DNA of 59,716 nucleotides from Mayamaea pseudoterrestris (Eukaryota): NCBI GenBank assembly GCA_027923505.1, contig BROI01000006.1, positions 1,178,001 to 1,237,716 of the forward strand, read 5' to 3'. Shown piece by piece: positions 53,770 to 59,716 of this stretch (position 1 is its first letter; each line of letters starts with the position of its first letter). The notes under the pieces were generated by a model. It saw only the letters and a program-made list of their open reading frames with translations, ran no database searches and was not told where the DNA came from. The position numbers and the translations under genes were made by a program.

Positions 53770-56252
53770 AATGATTCATCACCAGCCCTGTAGTCTCCAA
53801 GTTATGTGACAGGAACTGCCAGAATTGCGTGTCCCCAGGCTTGTCCACAGTAGCTGGTCGCTAGCCCACCAGCAGCAATTTTGAATGCGAATTGATAGCT
53901 GGTAAAGACAGGCATTGTTTCATACCAATTGTGTTATGCATTCATCACCAGCCCATGTAGTCTCCAAGATCTTTTGACAGGAACTGCCAGAATTTCATGT
54001 CCTCTGGCTTGTCCACAGTAGCTGGCTGCCACAGCCCACCTAGCAGCAAATTGAATTGATAGCTGGCAGTTGACAGGCATTGTTTCAAGGAGAAAGTGTA
54101 ATGCATTCATCACCAGCCCATGTAGTCTCCAAGTTCTTTGACAGGAACTGCCAGAATTTCGTGTCCCCAGGCTTGTCCACAGTAGCTGGCTGCCATAGCC
54201 CACTCCAGCAGCCAAATTTGTATGAATTGAAAGCTGGCAGTTGACAGGCATTGTTTCATGATGTCAAAAGTGTAATGCATTCATAAACAGCCCATGTAGT
54301 CTCCAAGTTCTGTGACAAGGACTGAAAGAATTTCATGTCCCCAGGCATGTCCACAGTAGCTGGCTGCCTTACACCACTCCGACAGCCAGAGAGCTATAAA
54401 TTGATAGCTGATAGTTGACAGGCATTGTTTCATGATGTCAAAAGTGCAAAGCATTCAAAACAGCATTAGTTCCAAGTTCTGTGGACAGAGAATTGTCCCG
54501 TTGTCCACAGTAGTGGCTGCCATTCCACCACAGCCAACGAGGTGAATGATAGTGGCAGTTGGGACAGGATTGTTCGTTGACAATTGTGTAATGCATTCAT
54601 CACCAGCCCATGTAGTCTCCAAGTTCTTTGACAGGAACTGCCAGAATTGCGTGTCCCCAGGCTTGTCCACAGTAGCTGGCTGCCATAGCCCACTCCAGCA
54701 GCCAATTTGTATGAATTGATAGCTGGCAGTTGACAGGCATTGTTTCATGATGTCAATTGTGTAATGCATTCATCACCAGCCCATGTAGTCTCCAAGTTTT
54801 TTGACAGGGACTGCCAATATTGCGTGTCCCCAGGCATGTCCACAGTAGCTGGCTGCCATAGCCCACTCCAGCAGCCAAATTTGTATGAATTGAAAGCTGG
54901 CAGTTGACAGGCATTGTTTCATGATGTCAAAAGTGTAATGCATTCATAAACAGCCCATGTAGTCTCCAAGTTCTGTGACAAGGACTGCCAGAATTTCGTG
55001 TCCCCAGGCATGTCCACAGTAGCTGGCTGCCATACACCACTCCGACAGCCAGGGAGGTATAAATTGATAGCTGGCAGTTGACAGGCATTGTTTCATGATG
55101 TCAAAAGTGCAATGCATTCATCACCAGCCCATGTAGTCTCCAAGTTCTGTGACAGGGTCTGCCAGAATTGCGTGTCCCCAGGCTTGTCCACAGTAGCTGT
55201 CTGCCATACTCCACTCCGACAGCCAGCGAGGTATGAAATGATAGCTGGCAGTTGACAGGCATTGTTTTATGATGTCAATTGTGTAATGCATTCATCACCA
55301 GCCCATGTAGTCTCCAAGTTCTTTGATAGGAACTGCCAGAATTTTGTGTCCCCAGGCTTGTCCACAGTAGCTGGCTGTCATAGCCCACTCCAGCAGCCAC
55401 ATTTGTATGAATTGATAGCTGGCACACAGCATTGTTTCACGTGATGTGAGAGCAATACGTGTGTTTTCTATCTAGAGTTGGTTTTGACAGGGAGCCATAA
55501 ATGTCCCCAGGCATGTCCACAGTAGTTGGCTGATAGCCCACTCCAGCAGCCTACCCCAGGCGTAGCTGGCAGTTGACAGGCATTGTTTCATGATGTCAAT
55601 TGTGTAATGCATTCATCACCAGCCCATGTAGTCTCCAAGTTCTTTGACAGGAACTGCCAGAATTTTGTGTCCCCAGGCTTGTCCACAGTAGCTGGTTGCC
55701 ATAGCCCACTCCAGCAGCCAGAGAGGTATAAATTGATAACTGGCAGCTACGGAATTCTAACTGATGGTCAAAGTGCAATGTATTCATCACTGTTCCATGT
55801 AGTCTTCAAGTTTGTGGACGGAGCGGGGTCAATGTGGTAGCTGGTCATGGCAGCAGCAATTTAAACAGCCATGTTGTTCAAGTTCTGGTGGCAGGACTGC
55901 CAGTTTCAGGTCCCCAGGCGTGGTTCACTGCAAGTGGTGACACATCCAAGAGAGAGCTATATATTGATAGCTGGCAGTTGACAGGCATTGTTTCATGATG
56001 TCAATTGTGTAATGCATTCATCACCAGCCCATGTAGTCTCTGCATTAATAACTGGCAGTTGATGGGCATTGTTTCATGATGTCAAAAGTATAATGCATTC
56101 ATCACCAGCCCATGTAGTCTCCAAGTTCTTTGACAGGAACTGCCAGAATTTCATGTCCCCAGGCTTGTCCACAGTAGCTGGCTGCCAAAGCCCACTCCAG
56201 CAGCCAAATTTGTATGAATTGAAAGCTGGCAGTTGCCAGGCATTATTTCATA
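53770..56252. repeat. 174-bp satellite array inside the copia boundaries, with several degenerate units
   Basis: Same unit as 48213-49357. Indel-rich patches near 53770-54060, 54460-54585, 55430-55560 and 55745-55960. Confidence 0.92.
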
Positions 56253-56356
56253 GTTCTCCTTTTACGTCATGTGTTAGGGTTGTGATGATGTCAGGTTGTT
56301 TGTCAGTTAGGCTTCTCAAACCTGAAGTGAAGGTCGCCACAAACGAGGCTTCAGCA
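56253..56356 (-). repeat. 5' LTR remnant (104 bp), identical to 51094-51197
   Basis: GTTCTCCTTTTACGTCATG...GAGGCTTCAGCA matches base for base by eye. Confidence 0.92.
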
Positions 56357-56575
56357 ACCCATTCCAGTCTCGGCCACCATGTAGTATGCTATGGTGAGAC
56401 TCAGCAGATCAAACTTGTTGGCAGTGCAACTCAAGTGGCACTTCAGACTGCCAGAATGGCCTGCCAATCCTGGAAAACAAAGCTCATTGTGTTTTTATTT
56501 GATTAGAATGCAAAGATTTCAGGTGTGGAATCCATCCCGTTGCCATAAACCTCCGCATATTCAACAAATGGTTTA
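56357..56575. repeat. Continuation of the 344-bp repeat (partial, degenerate unit)
   Basis: ACCCATTCCAGTCTCGG...ATGGTGAGACTCAGCAGATC...AACTTGTTGGCAGTGCAACTC. Confidence 0.88.
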
Positions 56576-56582
56576 CTCCCAA

Positions 56583-58505
56583 TAGCTGGCTGCCATAACC
56601 CACTCCGACAGCCAGAAAGGTATAAATTGATAGCTGGCAGTTGACAGGCATTGTTCCATGATGCCAATTGTGTAAGGCATTCATCACTAGCCCATGTAGT
56701 CTCCAAGTTCTAAGACAGGGACTGCCAGAATTTTGTGTCCCCAGGCTTGTCCACAGAAGCTGGCTGCCATAGCCCACTCCAGCAGCCAAATTTGTATGAA
56801 TTGATAGCTTGCAGTTGACAGGCATTGTTTCATGATGTCAAAAATGCAATGCATTCATTACCAGCCCATGTTGTCTCCAAGTTCTGTGACAGGGACTGCC
56901 AGAATGTTGTGTCCCCAGGCTTGTCCACAGTAGCTGGCTGCCATAACCCACTCCAACAGCCAGAGAGGAATAAATTGATAGCCGGCAGTTGACAGGCATT
57001 GTTTCATGAAGTCAATTGTGTAATGCATTCATCACCAGCCCGTGTAGTCTCCAAGTTCTGTGACAGGGACTGCCTGAATTTCGTGTCCCCAGGCTTGTCG
57101 AAAGTAGCTGGCTCCCAGAACCCACTCCAACTGCCAGAGAGGAATAAATTGATAGCTGGCAGTTGACAAGCATTGTTTCAAGATGTCAATTGTGTAATGC
57201 ATTCATTACCAGCCCATGTTGTCTCCAAGTTCTGTGACAGGGACTGCCAGAATGTTGTGTCCCCAGGCTTGTCCACAGTAGCTGGCTGCCATAACCCACT
57301 CCAACAGCCAGAGAGGAATAAATTGATAGCCGGCAGTTGACAGGCATTGTTTCATGAAGTCAATTGTGTAATGCATTCATCACCAGCCCGTGTAGTCTCC
57401 AAGTTCTGTGACAGGGACTGCCTGAATTTCGTGTCCCCAGGTTTGTCCACAGTAGCTGGCTGCCATAACCCACTCCAGCAGCCACAATTTTATGATTTGA
57501 TAGCTGGCAGTTTACAGGCATTGTTTCATGATGGCAAAAGTGTTATGCATTCATCAGCAGCCCGTGTAGTCTCCAAGTTCTGTGACAGGGACTGCCAGAA
57601 TTTTGTGTCCCCAGGCTTGTCTGCCCACAGTAACTGGCTGCCATAACCCACTCCGACAGCCAAATATGTATGAATTGATAGCTGGTAGTTGACAGGCATT
57701 GTTTCATGATGTCAATTGTGTTATGCATTCATCAGCAGCCCATGTAGTCTCCAAGTTCTGTGACAGGGACTGCCAGAACTTCATGTCCCCAGGCGTGTCC
57801 ACAGTAGCTAACTGCCATGACCCACTCCAACAGCCAGAGAGGTATCAATTGATAGCTGGCAGTTGACAGGCATTGTTTCATGATGTAGAAAGTGCAATGC
57901 ATTCATCATTAGCCCATCTAGTCTCCAAGTTCTGCAACAGGGACTGCCAGAATTTCATGTCCCCAGGCTTGTCCACAGTAGCTGGCTGCCATGACCGACT
58001 CCAATGGCCAAAGAGGTACAAATTGATAGCTGGCAGTCGACAGGCATTGTTTCATGATGTAGAAAATACAATGCATTCATCACTAATCCATGATGTCTCT
58101 AAGTTCTGCGACAGGGACTGCCAGAATTTCGTGTCCCCAGGCGTGTCCACAGTAGCTAACTGCCATGACCCACTCCAACAGCCAGAGAGGTATCAATTGA
58201 TAGCTGGCAGTTGACAGGCATTGTTTCATGATGTAGAAAGAGCAATGCATTCATCACTAGCCCATCTAGTTTCCAAGTTCTGCGACAGGGACTGCCAGAA
58301 ATTTGTGTCCCTAGGCTTGTCCACAGTAGCTGGCTGCCATAACCCACTCCAGCAGCCAGAGAGGTGTAAACTGATAGCTGGCAGTTGACAGGTACTGTTT
58401 CATGATGTAGAAAGTGCAATGCATTCATCACTAACCCATCTATTCTCCAAGCTCTGCGACAGGGACTGCCAGAATTTCGTGTCTCTAGGCTTGTCCACAG
58501 TAGCT
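56583..58505. repeat. 174-bp satellite array, right block (~11 units)
   Basis: Continuous copies of the same unit in the same orientation as the left block. Confidence 0.95.
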
Positions 58506-58506
58506 G

Positions 58507-59167
58507 TTGGGTGGCCGCCCAGGGCATGGGGCGTTTGACAAGTCAGAATCTACAACTTGTGGTGTTGGCCATACCCACAGTGGAGGCCGTACCCACGGTG
58601 TCAGCCTCCAGGCAGTACTTTTTGCACCATTTGAGAATCTGCACCTGTCAATGGCATACCCTGGACATGTTTTGCCTGACTCATTGGGTTGTTGGGTGGC
58701 CAGGGCATGGGGTGTTTGACAGGTCAGAATTCATAATTGTGGTGCTGGCCATACCCACAGTGAGGCCGTACCCATGGTGTCAGTCTCCAGGCAGTCCTTT
58801 TTGCACCATTTGAGACTCTGCACCTGTCAATGGCATACCCTGGACATGTTTTGCCTGACTCGTTGGGTATTTGGGTGGCCAGGGCATGGGGCGTTTGACA
58901 GGTCAGAATCTACAACTTGTGGTGTTGGCCATACCCACCAACGGGGCCGCACCCATGGTGTCAGCCTCCAGGCAGTCCTTTTTGCACCATTTGAGACTCT
59001 GCACCTATCAATGGCATACCCTGGACATGTTTTGCTTGACTCATTGGGTATTTGGGTGGCCAGGGCATGGGGCATTTGACAGGGAAGAATCTGCAACTTG
59101 TGGTGTTGGCCATTCCCCCAGTGGAGGCCATACCCATGGCGTCAGCCTCCAGGCAGTCCTTTTTGCA
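58507..59167. repeat. ~181-bp tandem repeat (~3.6 units)
   Basis: TTGGGTGGCC recurs at 58507, 58692, 58871 and 59052. Confidence 0.93.
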
Positions 59168-59170
59168 GGT

Positions 59171-59272
59171 GGTGGCTCCGACCTCGGAGGCGGTGGCTCC
59201 GACCTCGGAGGCGGTGGCTCCGACCTCGGAGGCGGTGGCTCCGACCTCGGAGGCGGTGGCTCCGACCTTGGA
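59171..59272. repeat. 21-bp minisatellite (GGTGGCTCCGACCTCGGAGGC), ~4.8 copies
   Basis: Units start at 59171, 59192, 59213, 59234 and 59255. Confidence 0.95.
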
Positions 59273-59716
59273 TGACACAATATTATTGAGTTGAGTTGAC
59301 CTGCGTCTTATGACAAGACGGTTAGCTACCTGTGTTTTGTATGCATTTAATCCTGTGCAGGGTTGAGTCACACTTGTGACCCGATCCTCTTTCTCCTGCA
59401 GAGTGAAAGCTGACAACCATCGCGCGTGAACCCCGGCCCAAATGTGAGAAACGAGAAAGAAGCGCCGCAGTGAGTGGCAGTAGCATGCACTATTCTAGCA
59501 GTGAGTTTGTTTGTTTGTTTACGCTGGACGAAGGGTTGATAAACAAAGGTCCATTGTAGTCGCTGGAATAAAGGTCGTTTTATGGAAATTGTCAGTTAAC
59601 AGTTTGCTAGCTTTCTTGACCTGAGAAGCTGTGTCTGCGAGCGTTTTCGGCGAGACATCAGAAGCGTTCTTGTTTTGGAATGTAACCACCACTACCCAGA
59701 TGTTGAGATTGACCAA

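Larger units (their letters stand above)
50686..56356 (-). mobile_element. Ty1/copia (CoDi-like) LTR retrotransposon, 5' half replaced by satellite; TSD ACCCA at 50681-50685 and 56357-56361
   Basis: RT and RNase H ORF, PPT GGGAAGGG next to the LTR, TGCT...AGCA termini and identical 5-bp flanks. The 344-bp repeat resumes in register after 56361. Confidence 0.9.

Noticed and set aside
53770..53848. Apparent N-terminus of the 1007-aa copia ORF (MDKPGDTQFWQ…)
   Set aside because: It is read from the satellite with a non-ATG start. It is a chance in-frame fusion, not gag.
48243..58527. Many ORFs repeating MPVNCQLSI…/MTCWHIQP…
   Set aside because: They are by-products of the tandem repeats (174 is divisible by 3). 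Stops and indels vary among units and there is no protein-family signal.
59171..59272. Palindromic short repeats resembling a CRISPR array
   Set aside because: The units are head-to-tail with no unique spacers, there are no cas genes, and the context is eukaryotic.
59273..59716. Possible gene or transposon end at the window edge
   Set aside because: Only short ORFs without motifs and a small GTTT run are visible. No telomeric repeat or terminal repeat can be supported.

Overview
Gene-dense eukaryotic nuclear DNA, most likely from a diatom. The evidence is short GT-AG introns, bipartite plastid presequences, DUF6824/HA-domain and diatom-type LRR receptor families, and a CoDi-like Ty1/copia element. 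The window has three parts. (1) 0.17-6.4 kb: four paralogous secreted precursors, each with a conserved 6-Cys peptide bracketed by R-x-L processing motifs and ending in Gly-basic, next to a membrane-anchored sulfotransferase-like gene. This candidate peptide-signal or RiPP-like locus is the most interesting part. (2) 7-48 kb: housekeeping and lineage-specific genes. These include MON2, a GPI paralog with eroded catalytic residues, an LRR receptor-like protein, SerRS, SF3B4, plastid Asp/prephenate aminotransferase, an M50 peptidase, a stand-alone P-type ATPase actuator domain, ATP synthase subunit d, a phosphate transporter and TIM17. Several promoters share a TGTCGCACYRGT motif. (3) 48.2-59.3 kb: a heterochromatin-like block of 174-bp, 344-bp and ~181-bp tandem repeats plus a 21-bp hairpin minisatellite. 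It contains a copia element (3' LTR 50686-51197, 5-bp TSD ACCCA) whose gag/PR/IN half and most of its 5' LTR are replaced by 174-bp satellite. All family assignments are from motif recognition; no database search was run.
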